NCBI GenBank assembly: GCA_949299015.1
Contig: CASFYT010000018.1
Coordinates: 216-64,215 of the forward strand
Direction: 5' to 3'
Source of the DNA: an uncultured Bacillota bacterium
GTDB lineage: Bacteria > Bacillota_I > Bacilli_A > RFN20 > CAG-288
Length of the DNA: 64,000 nt
Each line of letters opens with the position of its first letter. Positions within the stretch are counted from its first letter, which is position 1. The notes beneath the pieces were generated by a model. That model searched no databases. It had not been told where the DNA came from and saw only the letters and a list, made by a program, of their open reading frames with translations. The translations under genes were made by a program, and so were the position numbers. Shown piece after piece: positions 44,967-52,766 of the stretch.

Positions 44967-46274
44967 ATGGAAATGATTGGAAAGACACGCTATATTCCGC
45001 GTATTGCGGACAGTGAACTGCAAGACCGCCTCGAGGCTTCCGGTGCGGTCTTGATCGTCGGCCCCAAATGGTGTGGAAAGACGACGCTCGCCTCTCATCA
45101 GGCGAGGAGTGTCCTGTCCCTTCAGGATCCTGATCGCCGTTCCTCCTATATCTCCACGGCCTCCGTGAAGCCGTCCTTGCTCCTCAAGGGGGACAAGCCA
45201 AGGCTTCTCGATGAATGGCAGACGATTCCCGTGCTTTGGGATGCCGTACGGCATGATGTCGACCGAAGCGGGCTTTTGGGGCAATACATCCTGACAGGAT
45301 CAAATGCCGTCGACGAGAAGCAGATCCTGCATTCCGGAATCGGACGGATCGCACGGATGAAACTCTATCCGATGAGCCTATTCGAGACGGGCGAATCCAA
45401 TGGCGCCCTTTCCTTGGACAGACTCTTTTGCGATCCGAACTATGACATCGACGGAATGGTTTCTTCCCTGAGCGTGGAAGACCTGCTTTTCGCCACTTGC
45501 CGAGGAGGATGGCCTTCTTCGCTCTTCATGACTTCCCGGAAGGCGCAACTGCTCGTTCCGAAGGACTATCTGAATGGTGTCTGCGAAACGGAAATCTCGA
45601 CAGTCGATGGCGTCCGCCGAGATCCGGCCAAGACAAAGGCGCTTCTTTCCTCCTATGCGAGAAACGTATCGACGATGGTGAAAAAGACGACCCTTTTGCA
45701 GGACATCAACACCCAGGACACGGGGATGTCCATCGGTACCCTCGATAGCTATCTCTCGGCGCTGGAACGTCTCTTTGTCATCGAGGATGTCCCGGCTTGG
45801 TCACCGGCAATCCGCTCGGCTTCCTCGATGCAGAGTCGTCACAAGAGGGAATTCGTCGATCCATCGATTGGAATCGCTGCCCTTGGTCTCGCGCCCGAGT
45901 ATTTTGAGACCGATCTCAAGACCTTCGGCTTCTTCTTCGAGAACCTCTGCGCCCGGGATTTGCGCGTGTATTCGCAGAAAACGGGAGGACACCTGTCCTA
46001 CTATCATGACCGGTATGGCCTGGAAGCGGATTTCGTCCTACACCGGGACGATGGCCGCTATGCCCTTGTCGAATGCAAACTGGGGAGTGCGGAAATCGAG
46101 GAGGGCGCAAGACATCTTTTGGAGATCCGTCGCCTCTTGGAAGAGAAGATCGCAAGCGAAAAGCAATGCCCGTTGAAAGTGCCCGATCTCATGATCGTCC
46201 TGACCGGAGGGGAGATGGCTTATCGCCGTCCCGATGGCGTCGATGTCATCCCCATCGGTTGCTTGAGGGATTAG
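44967..46274 (+). CDS. AAA+ ATPase (AAA_14) with a DUF4143 / PD-(D/E)xK-like C-terminal domain
   Basis: The 435-aa product has Walker A (VGPKWCGKTT). The C-terminal block GLEADFVLHRDDGRYALVECKLG fits a D...E.K nuclease-fold motif. Confidence 0.85.
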   Translation: MEMIGKTRYIPRIADSELQDRLEASGAVLIVGPKWCGKTTLASHQARSVLSLQDPDRRSSYISTASVKPSLLLKGDKPRLLDEWQTIPVLWDAVRHDVDRSGLLGQYILTGSNAVDEKQILHSGIGRIARMKLYPMSLFETGESNGALSLDRLFCDPNYDIDGMVSSLSVEDLLFATCRGGWPSSLFMTSRKAQLLVPKDYLNGVCETEISTVDGVRRDPAKTKALLSSYARNVSTMVKKTTLLQDINTQDTGMSIGTLDSYLSALERLFVIEDVPAWSPAIRSASSMQSRHKREFVDPSIGIAALGLAPEYFETDLKTFGFFFENLCARDLRVYSQKTGGHLSYYHDRYGLEADFVLHRDDGRYALVECKLGSAEIEEGARHLLEIRRLLEEKIASEKQCPLKVPDLMIVLTGGEMAYRRPDGVDVIPIGCLRD

Positions 46275-46308
46275 TTGTCGCTTTTGAACCGATTTTGTGT
46301 CGGAGATT

Positions 46309-46329
46309 TTGCACAGCGGTCGTGTGCAA
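46309..46329. terminator. Hairpin between convergent genes
   Basis: TTGCACA-gcggtcg-TGTGCAA forms a 7-bp stem, preceded by a T-rich stretch. Confidence 0.35.
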
Positions 46330-46398
46330 GGTTTCCGGGCAACACATACTTTTACGCTCCTCCCGGAGTTCAAATCAAATGCGATAATTCTAGAACGA

Positions 46399-46680
46399 TC
46401 AATCGTTTGCAAGTCTTCTGTTGAGGTCTTCGTAGTCGATGCATTCGGGGTTCCAGTTAAGTTCATCGATGGCCTTGACCGCACTCAACGGAGCATCGTG
46501 ATCAATCTCTTCTCCGGCCTCTTCTTGCTGGGTCAAAGGAACTTCAACCTCGCTTTCCAAAAAATCGATGAGGTCATATACATTTTCGCTTGTTACCGGA
46601 AGTATGGTTCTCAAGGCTTCGACAGATAAAAAACGTTTGATAAATTCAATAGACTCATCGCTGACTATTATTTTTTTCAT
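46399..46680 (-). CDS. Small acidic protein, putative immunity/antitoxin partner 2
   Basis: The 93-aa ORF overlaps the upstream toxin-like ORF by 26 nt. It is homologous to 47239-47502 (FIK, YDL, GE.ID, DEL, ID.EDL..RL). Confidence 0.7.
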   Translation of the reverse strand: MKKIIVSDESIEFIKRFLSVEALRTILPVTSENVYDLIDFLESEVEVPLTQQEEAGEEIDHDAPLSAVKAIDELNWNPECIDYEDLNRRLAND

Positions 46681-46936
46681 ATGCTTTCATGTCCTTTCTC
46701 AATTCTTTGTCGTGGAATCGTCTCACCGAGCATACGTTTTTGTTGAACGGATTGATCACGCTCAGGATTTTGTTCAAGCTGAAACGCTTGTAAGCCGGTC
46801 TTCCGAAGATGTCCCTTTTGGTCTTCGTTCTAAGAAGTGACCTCTTTCTGAAATTATACCCCAATTGCCTTTTGTTATATCTCTTTTCTGTATGTCGTGG
46901 GTGGCATTCCTGGTGACATATCCCGCTTAGATGCAC
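46655..46936 (-). CDS. DUF4258-like toxin 2 (start uncertain, possibly degraded)
   Basis: The C-terminal ~70 aa (LGYNFRKR...INPFNKNV...) aligns with toxin 1. The GTG start at 46936 is a guess. An alternative frame upstream (46875-47075) also carries an H..DH-like motif. Confidence 0.45.
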   Translation of the reverse strand: MHLSGICHQECHPRHTEKRYNKRQLGYNFRKRSLLRTKTKRDIFGRPAYKRFSLNKILSVINPFNKNVCSVRRFHDKELRKDMKAYEKNNSQR

Positions 46937-47187
46937 CCACGCTGTTCTGAACCAGACAAACCTTTTCTGCAACGTGGTCAAGCGGATGTTCCGGGTCCAC
47001 CTCCGAGTCCATCCGCGGAACGTCCGGAAGTGGCTGGACGAGCTTCGTCGAGAGAAGATGAATCCATGACGACAAGGCATACGAAAATTACTTCTTCAAG
47101 GTCATCGAAAGAATATTCCTTTCTGGAAAAAGTCTTAGATGAAGGGAAGTTCGAAGGAGGTAGAAACACGATTATTGTTCCATCTCT

Positions 47188-47220
47188 TCAAGAAAAAGAA
47201 AAGGACTCGCTTCGGAGCCC
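47188..47220 (-). terminator. Candidate terminator after toxin/immunity pair 1
   Basis: On the - strand GGGCTC-cgaagc-GAGTCC is followed by TTTTCTTTTTC. The stem has one mismatch. Confidence 0.45.
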
Positions 47221-47238
47221 TCTCTGCTTCAGCATTTC

Positions 47239-47502
47239 TTATTTGAGCCGATTGCTTAGATCTTCCAAGTCGATTTCGTTGTCTCTCAGCTCATCTCCCG
47301 CCTTGGTGGCGTCCTCGAGAAGCTTCATGTCGATAGGCTCGCCATTCTCCTGCTTGTTTACCAGGAAATATTCGAACCTGTGGGCGATATCCACCTCCAA
47401 ATCGTACAAGGAGTCCTCTGTCAAAGGCATGAATTTGGAGATCTCGTCCTTTGAATAATGCTCCTTGATGAAGCCGACTAGGAAGTCACTTGCCTTGACC
47501 AT
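47239..47502 (-). CDS. Small acidic protein, putative immunity/antitoxin partner 1
   Basis: The 87-aa ORF has a GGAG ribosome-binding site and overlaps the toxin-like ORF by 17 nt. Confidence 0.7.
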   Translation of the reverse strand: MVKASDFLVGFIKEHYSKDEISKFMPLTEDSLYDLEVDIAHRFEYFLVNKQENGEPIDMKLLEDATKAGDELRDNEIDLEDLSNRLK

Positions 47503-47809
47503 GCTTGTGCATCTCCTTTCTTTTCGCTTTCTTCAGAGTCCTTTCCCCATAGGGATAAACGGTTATGACCCTCTTTCGGAACGGATTGATGGCGGCGAAT
47601 ATCCTGTTCCAACCGAACCTCCCGTAGGAAGGCTCGTTGCCGTAGTTCATCGTCACCGAGGTCTTGAATCTTGGCTTGTGCCGAAGATTGTAACCAAGCT
47701 CCCCCTTCGACACGTTCCTCTCCTTCATCCTCTTCACGGCATGATCCGTGACGTGGTAGCCGCTTGTATTATACGGCTTCTTCGGAATGATTTTCTTTCT
47801 CATCCCCAT
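47486..47809 (-). CDS. DUF4258-like small basic toxin 1
   Basis: The 107-aa product is very basic. The N-terminal YHVTDHAVKRMKERNVSKGEL matches the H...HA..R...R pattern I associate with DUF4258. Confidence 0.65.
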   Translation of the reverse strand: MGMRKKIIPKKPYNTSGYHVTDHAVKRMKERNVSKGELGYNLRHKPRFKTSVTMNYGNEPSYGRFGWNRIFAAINPFRKRVITVYPYGERTLKKAKRKEMHKHGQGK

Positions 47810-47825
47810 CGCCTTTCTGGCCTTC

Positions 47826-48044
47826 TCATGTTTGCCAAAGCAAGTATAAACCCTGTTCTTTCCACTGCTTTATAGAAAAACTCGAAAAAACTCTTGACAG
47901 AGTTTCGACGATTCCGTTCTCTTCACTATTTGCTATTGCTTCGTAGTCCAGACTGTATCGTTTCAAAATGGCATAAGAAACAATTGTCGCTACAGTCTCG
48001 TCCATTCTTTTTCCGTGGTCTTGCCAAAGTGTCGACGTCCACAT
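47826..48044 (-). CDS. Small hypothetical ORF
   Basis: This 72-aa ORF ends 16 nt before toxin 1. It has no recognisable motif and may not be expressed. Confidence 0.25.
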   Translation of the reverse strand: MWTSTLWQDHGKRMDETVATIVSYAILKRYSLDYEAIANSEENGIVETLSRVFSSFSIKQWKEQGLYLLWQT

Positions 48045-48287
48045 GTCTTGATGGACGCTGTGGCGTCAAGGGGAGTGGGCTGGCGTAGAAAATGGTGATG
48101 AAAGAACATCCAATTCCTTTACGTGCAAAACGCATTCGAATCGAATCGGGTCATGAATCGCTTTTGGCAATCGAGAAAATCTGCCTTTCTCTTCAAGGGA
48201 CAAAAGCTGTTTTTTATACAAGAGACGGATCCGGTTCAAATGGCGGTTTGCGAATTGGCGAACCGATCCAGGCTATCCGCCAAGCGG

Positions 48288-48821
48288 CTAGGCTTTTTCG
48301 AAAGTGACGACATCGAAATGGAGCTCGAAAGGGGTGCCGCCGTACGGACCGAAAGTCAGCTTCACTTCGAGGATCTCCTTGAGCCACCTTTCGGCGTTGG
48401 CGATATCCTCCTGGACTTCGTTCCAGGCTTTCGACAAGTCGACGTTTTGCGAATAGACGCGTTCGGTCAAATAACGATTGCGACGGGCCGTGCCGATATA
48501 GACCGAGGTTGAGGGCATGCCCGGGGCATCGACGCTTTTCAGCGCACGGGCGATGACCGGAACGGTGACCACGAAAACGCCGTCTTCTCTTTGCGATACC
48601 CTCGCCTTGTTCGGGTCATGATTGACGTAAATGAAATCGTCCTTCAATTGGGACTTAAAGAAGTTGACCGCCCGCAATCGGACTCTCTTGATCTTGTCGT
48701 AAGGCCGATATTGGTATTTCACTTTCTCCATTGATTCTTTGAGCCCGAACCAGCAATCGAAAATCTCCGATACTTTGTTTTGGATGTCTCCGGTGAACAT
48801 CAGCAAGGATGGCATACTCAT
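48288..48821 (-). CDS. Hypothetical protein at the island edge
   Basis: This 177-aa ORF has no confidently recognisable motif. Confidence 0.55.
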   Translation of the reverse strand: MSMPSLLMFTGDIQNKVSEIFDCWFGLKESMEKVKYQYRPYDKIKRVRLRAVNFFKSQLKDDFIYVNHDPNKARVSQREDGVFVVTVPVIARALKSVDAPGMPSTSVYIGTARRNRYLTERVYSQNVDLSKAWNEVQEDIANAERWLKEILEVKLTFGPYGGTPFELHFDVVTFEKA

Positions 48822-49062
48822 GGAACTAATAATATTCTACCGTTCGATTTCCGTCAATAGCACACAAATATGTCGAAGTCCTGTGCGGGATATCGCTGGC
48901 TTTCCTTCTCGCCCATCATGATGCCTTGCCTCTTGGGAGGACGGCCGATGGATTTAGGATTCCAGGCGGCGGTCTTCGATTTCCCTGTCCAACTTTTTTC
49001 GCATCCTGTGGGAAAGTCCGGCCTTGTGGAACTATAATGGATGGAAAACGGAGGAGCTTTCC

Positions 49063-50322
49063 ATGACGGTCAAAAGCGTGTGTATGGAAGACGAGGAAGT
49101 CTTTTCGGCCATCGAGAACGAGAGGAAGAGGCAAGAGGATTCCACGGAGCTGATCGCGAGCGAGAATTTCGTCTCCCTGGCCGTTTTGAAGGCCCAAGGA
49201 AGCGTCCTGACCAACAAGTATGCCGAGGGCTATCCGGGAAAACGATATTACGGCGGATGCCTCAATGTCGACAAAGTCGAGGAGATTGCGAGGGAAAGGG
49301 CGAAGGAACTCTTCCACTGCCGTTTTGCCAACGTCCAGCCCTATTCGGGATCGACGGCCAATATGGCTGCCATCCGTTCCGTTCTTAACCCTGGCGACAG
49401 GATCATGGGAATGAGCGTCAACGGAGGCGGACATCTCAGCCACGGATATGCGCTCTCCTTCTCCGGACGCGACTATGTCTCCCAGTCCTATGACGTCGAC
49501 AAGGATACCTTCCTTCTGGATTATGATGCCATTTTGAGACAGGCTCGGGAATTCCGTCCGAAGCTGATCGTCTGCGGGGCCAGCGCCTATTCCCGAAGGA
49601 TCGACTTTAAGGCCTTCCGGAAGATCGCGGACGACGTCGGCGCCTACCTGATGGCGGACATCGCCCACATCGCCGGTCTTGTCGCCACGGGAGAGCACGA
49701 GTCGCCGATCGGAATCGCCGACATCGTGACTTCGACGACGCACAAGACCCTGCGGGGTCCCAGAGGCGGCTTGATCCTTACAAACGACGAGGAGCTGGCG
49801 AAGAAGATCGACAAGAACGTCTTCCCCGGAATCCAGGGCGGTCCTTTGGAACACGTGATCGCGGCCAAGGCCGTCGCCTTCGGAGAGGACTTGACGCAAG
49901 AATATCGGGACTACATCCATCAGGTCGTCCTCAACGCTCAGGCCATGGCCGGAGAATTCATGAAGATGGGATACGAGGTCCTGACCGGTGGGACGGACAA
50001 CCATCTCTTCCTCATCGACGTCCTATCCTCCAGAGGCATCACGGGCATGGAGGCGCAGAAGCTTCTGGAGAGCGTCCATATCACGGCCAACCGGAACTCC
50101 ATTCCCTTCGACACCCAGAAGCCCTACATCTCCTCGGGAATCCGCATCGGAACCCCGGCGATGACGACCCGCGGCTTCAAGGAGAAGGAGTTTGTCCAGA
50201 TCGCCCATCTCATCGACGAGGCCATCCGGAGCAAGGACGACCTCAAGGCCTTGTCTTCCATCGACGAGGAAGTCGTGCGGCTGAACCATTCCTTCCCTCT
50301 TCCCTATGAGGAAATCGGATGA
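49063..50322 (+). CDS. glyA: Serine hydroxymethyltransferase
   Basis: The ATG at 49063 follows a GGAGG ribosome-binding site. Motifs seen are ELIASENF, YAEGYPGKRYYGG and TTHKTLRGPRGG (the PLP lysine). Confidence 0.96.
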   Translation: MTVKSVCMEDEEVFSAIENERKRQEDSTELIASENFVSLAVLKAQGSVLTNKYAEGYPGKRYYGGCLNVDKVEEIARERAKELFHCRFANVQPYSGSTANMAAIRSVLNPGDRIMGMSVNGGGHLSHGYALSFSGRDYVSQSYDVDKDTFLLDYDAILRQAREFRPKLIVCGASAYSRRIDFKAFRKIADDVGAYLMADIAHIAGLVATGEHESPIGIADIVTSTTHKTLRGPRGGLILTNDEELAKKIDKNVFPGIQGGPLEHVIAAKAVAFGEDLTQEYRDYIHQVVLNAQAMAGEFMKMGYEVLTGGTDNHLFLIDVLSSRGITGMEAQKLLESVHITANRNSIPFDTQKPYISSGIRIGTPAMTTRGFKEKEFVQIAHLIDEAIRSKDDLKALSSIDEEVVRLNHSFPLPYEEIG

Positions 50323-52766
50323 GATTGGAAAAGGGGACTTCCTACCTCCTGATCGCCGATCCCTGCTATCAGGACCTCATCCTCGGCGTCAAGGCGGAAC
50401 ATCCCGAACTGGATCTCGCTTTCCTCTCTCTCGATGATGCCTTTTCCGCTTTGGGGTACTCCTATCGCAAGGATCCTCTTCCGAGGCTTCTTTCCGAGAT
50501 GCGCTTCAGCTATCCCGATGCCAAGGAGCTGATGCGTCTTCTTCGCTATGCCCGTTTTCCGGAAGGATCGTATTATCGGAAGCTCCAGCGTTCCCTGATC
50601 GAGGAAGGCTATCTCTTCAAGGATGCTCTCTCCTTCTATTCACTCCAGAGCAAGAAGGTCCTGGTTTTGGAAGAAGACGAGGACAAAGCCCTTCTTTTCC
50701 TGCTCGGGGAAAACAAGATTCCCTACTCTCTCCTTCATCTTCCGGACCTCGGGTTGAAGAGGAACAAGACCGAAGACATTCCGGTCTTTCTCTTTCCGGA
50801 CAAGGTTCATCAGTTTGCCTATCTCTTCTCCGACTTGAGAAGAGAAAAACTTTCTTCGATCGAACAAAATGGCAAAGAAACACAAGGGAAGAGAAACAAG
50901 GAGGAATACGAAATCCTAATCCATGATTCCCAGGATCGATATTTTCTGGATTTCTTCTCCGCCCTCTTCCGGGTGAACGTCTCCTATCCCTATCGCTATC
51001 CTTTGCTTTCCGACATCGAGGTGAAGAAGAGGATGGATTGCTTCTTTCAGGAGCAGTTCTTCTCTTTCCCGGAGGAAGAGACACCGGGTGTGAAAAGATT
51101 GCACCAGCTTGTCGACTACTATGGATTGGCCAAGATCGATTTCGGCTATGCCTTTTCGGTCCTGATGGAGATCGTCAAGTCGGAAAGCTATGTCGATGAG
51201 GAAGAGACCTATCCCGTAGAGGCGACCGAGGCGATGAAGTTCTCCCTGCGGAAGAGATATTATGTCACCAATTTCCAGCATGGGGACTTCTATCAGATCG
51301 GCAGCGACAAAGGCCTTTTCTCCGATGAGGAGCTTTCGGACATGGGAGCCAATCCCAGCTACGTCAAAAGCCTTCTCGACAAGAGGAAGAAGGCCAACTT
51401 CGTCCTCTACATGGACATCCTTTTCCTCTCTCGGGTCTCCCTCCATCTGGATGACAAGATCTTCCCGTCGGAACTGCTCAGCGAGCTTCCCTTGGAGAAA
51501 GACGAGAAGCCTCTTCGCGAAGTCCAGAAGGAGATCAACGAGCAGGGAGCGTATCCCGACAAGGCCAGGAACTTCGTCCTCTCCCTGTTCAAGGACAAAT
51601 GGTTTTCTCCTGCGGACGAGAGCTATCGGAACTTCGATTCCTCCTATCAGAAGATCGATTCCATCCCCCTCAAGGATACCTTCTCCGTCACGGAGTTCTC
51701 CTCCTACTTCAATTGCCCCTTCCAGTATTATCTCGACCAAATCCTCAAGATCGGCCAGGACGATCCCGATCAGGACTACTTCAGCCGAAAGTTCGGAAAC
51801 TTCGTCCATCACCTCTTCGAGAGGATCTACGATCCGGACTATGATTTCGAAACGGTCTATGCGGAGGCAAAGGAGCTGTTCGAGAAAGAAAGCGCCTCCG
51901 CTCCCGAGAAGAACACCAACGAAAGGGAGAGGGCATGGCTGGAGAACAGCAAGGAATACCTCCGCCGATTCGTCGCTCATGCCCATGATCAGTTCAAGGA
52001 ACGGGAGAGCTTCCTCAGGGAAGAGCATGAATTCCCGATCGAAATCGAATTCCGGCCTTCGGAAGGAGAGAGTCGTTACACCGTGAAGGGAAGGATCGAC
52101 AAGCTGCTCTACACGGAGAGCAAGAACGGAAAGGTCTTCTATTCGATCATCGACTACAAGACCGGCCCGGTCGCCTTCGACCCTCGCTCCGTCTTTCTGG
52201 GAGACAGCCTCCAGCTTCCGCTCTATTCCGTGGCCATGGAGAAAAAGGAGCAGGAATCGACCTTCGGCCTCTTTGGCATCGAGAAGGTCTTCTCCAAGTC
52301 TCCGCTCAAGGACAAGGACCGCTCTTATTCCAAGAAGGCCGTCGCGGATTTCATGAAGATCCGGGGCATCGCCTTCGCGGACAAGGATTTCTTCGCAAGC
52401 ATCGATGACGAGACGGCCTTCACCGCAAACGGGAATCTCAAGCCCTATGGCGGAACCTATGTCTCCAAGACCTACTCCTTCAAGGATCGGGAGAAGTCTG
52501 CCCTCAAGAAATCCCTTCCCTATTCCTACAAGCGGATGATCGACGATGCGAGGAAGGCCTGCCTTTCGATGATGGAGAGGATCCATCGGAAGGAATTCCC
52601 GATCGCCCCGAGCGTCAAGAAGGGAAACGAACAGCCCAGCTGTTCCTATTGTTCCTACCGGGACATCTGCTATCGGAAGGTGGAGAACATCGTCAACCTA
52701 GAAGGCACGATCAAGAGACATTTCGGGACGAAGGCCACCGAAGAGGACACAGGGGAAGAGCAATGA
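50319..52766 (+). CDS. addB: AddB/RexB-like helicase-nuclease subunit B (short form, 815 aa)
   Basis: A C-terminal RecB-type nuclease motif (GRIDKL...IIDYKTG) is flanked by four cysteines (FNCPFQ ... CSYCSYRDIC) that fit an Fe-S cluster. The gene shares an ATGA overlap with addA. Confidence 0.8.
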   Translation: MRLEKGTSYLLIADPCYQDLILGVKAEHPELDLAFLSLDDAFSALGYSYRKDPLPRLLSEMRFSYPDAKELMRLLRYARFPEGSYYRKLQRSLIEEGYLFKDALSFYSLQSKKVLVLEEDEDKALLFLLGENKIPYSLLHLPDLGLKRNKTEDIPVFLFPDKVHQFAYLFSDLRREKLSSIEQNGKETQGKRNKEEYEILIHDSQDRYFLDFFSALFRVNVSYPYRYPLLSDIEVKKRMDCFFQEQFFSFPEEETPGVKRLHQLVDYYGLAKIDFGYAFSVLMEIVKSESYVDEEETYPVEATEAMKFSLRKRYYVTNFQHGDFYQIGSDKGLFSDEELSDMGANPSYVKSLLDKRKKANFVLYMDILFLSRVSLHLDDKIFPSELLSELPLEKDEKPLREVQKEINEQGAYPDKARNFVLSLFKDKWFSPADESYRNFDSSYQKIDSIPLKDTFSVTEFSSYFNCPFQYYLDQILKIGQDDPDQDYFSRKFGNFVHHLFERIYDPDYDFETVYAEAKELFEKESASAPEKNTNERERAWLENSKEYLRRFVAHAHDQFKERESFLREEHEFPIEIEFRPSEGESRYTVKGRIDKLLYTESKNGKVFYSIIDYKTGPVAFDPRSVFLGDSLQLPLYSVAMEKKEQESTFGLFGIEKVFSKSPLKDKDRSYSKKAVADFMKIRGIAFADKDFFASIDDETAFTANGNLKPYGGTYVSKTYSFKDREKSALKKSLPYSYKRMIDDARKACLSMMERIHRKEFPIAPSVKKGNEQPSCSYCSYRDICYRKVENIVNLEGTIKRHFGTKATEEDTGEEQ

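Larger units (their letters stand above)
36600..48900. other. AT-richer accessory (conflict-system) island
   Basis: By eye, base composition and codon usage shift markedly relative to the flanks. The interval holds gene fragments, an IS remnant, frameshifted genes and toxin/defence-like modules. No integrase or tRNA is present. Boundaries are approximate. Confidence 0.7.

Noticed and set aside
44704-44976. Tracked ORFs 44704-44925 (-) and 44749-44976 (+) in the intergenic region upstream of the AAA+ gene.
   Set aside because: They overlap each other and the phased direct repeats. Their composition is odd (Cys- and His-rich) and they have no ribosome-binding site. The region is more likely regulatory DNA.
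46937-47458. The longer version of toxin 2 (141 aa, to 47080), the alternative-frame 66-aa ORF (46875-47075) and the + strand ORF 46931-47458.
   Set aside because: The N-terminal 48 aa of the 141-aa ORF are Arg/Trp-rich junk. The + strand ORF is antisense to the immunity gene. The alternative frame may be a remnant, so it is noted in the findings rather than annotated as a gene.
47894-48512. Tracked ORFs 47894-48088, 47926-48135, 48092-48307 and 48123-48512.
   Set aside because: They are short, mutually overlapping, without ribosome-binding sites or motifs, and partly antisense to the 177-aa ORF.
48288-48821. GIY-YIG nuclease call for the 177-aa protein.
   Set aside because: The spacing between GVF and YIG (~22 aa) and the lack of the other conserved residues make this too weak to call.
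36690-48880. Possible att-like direct repeat GAAGTCCT(T/G)TG near both island edges (about 36703 and about 48878).
   Set aside because: It is only ~10 nt with a mismatch, there is no integrase, and a match of this length is expected by chance in 12 kb. It was not verified computationally.
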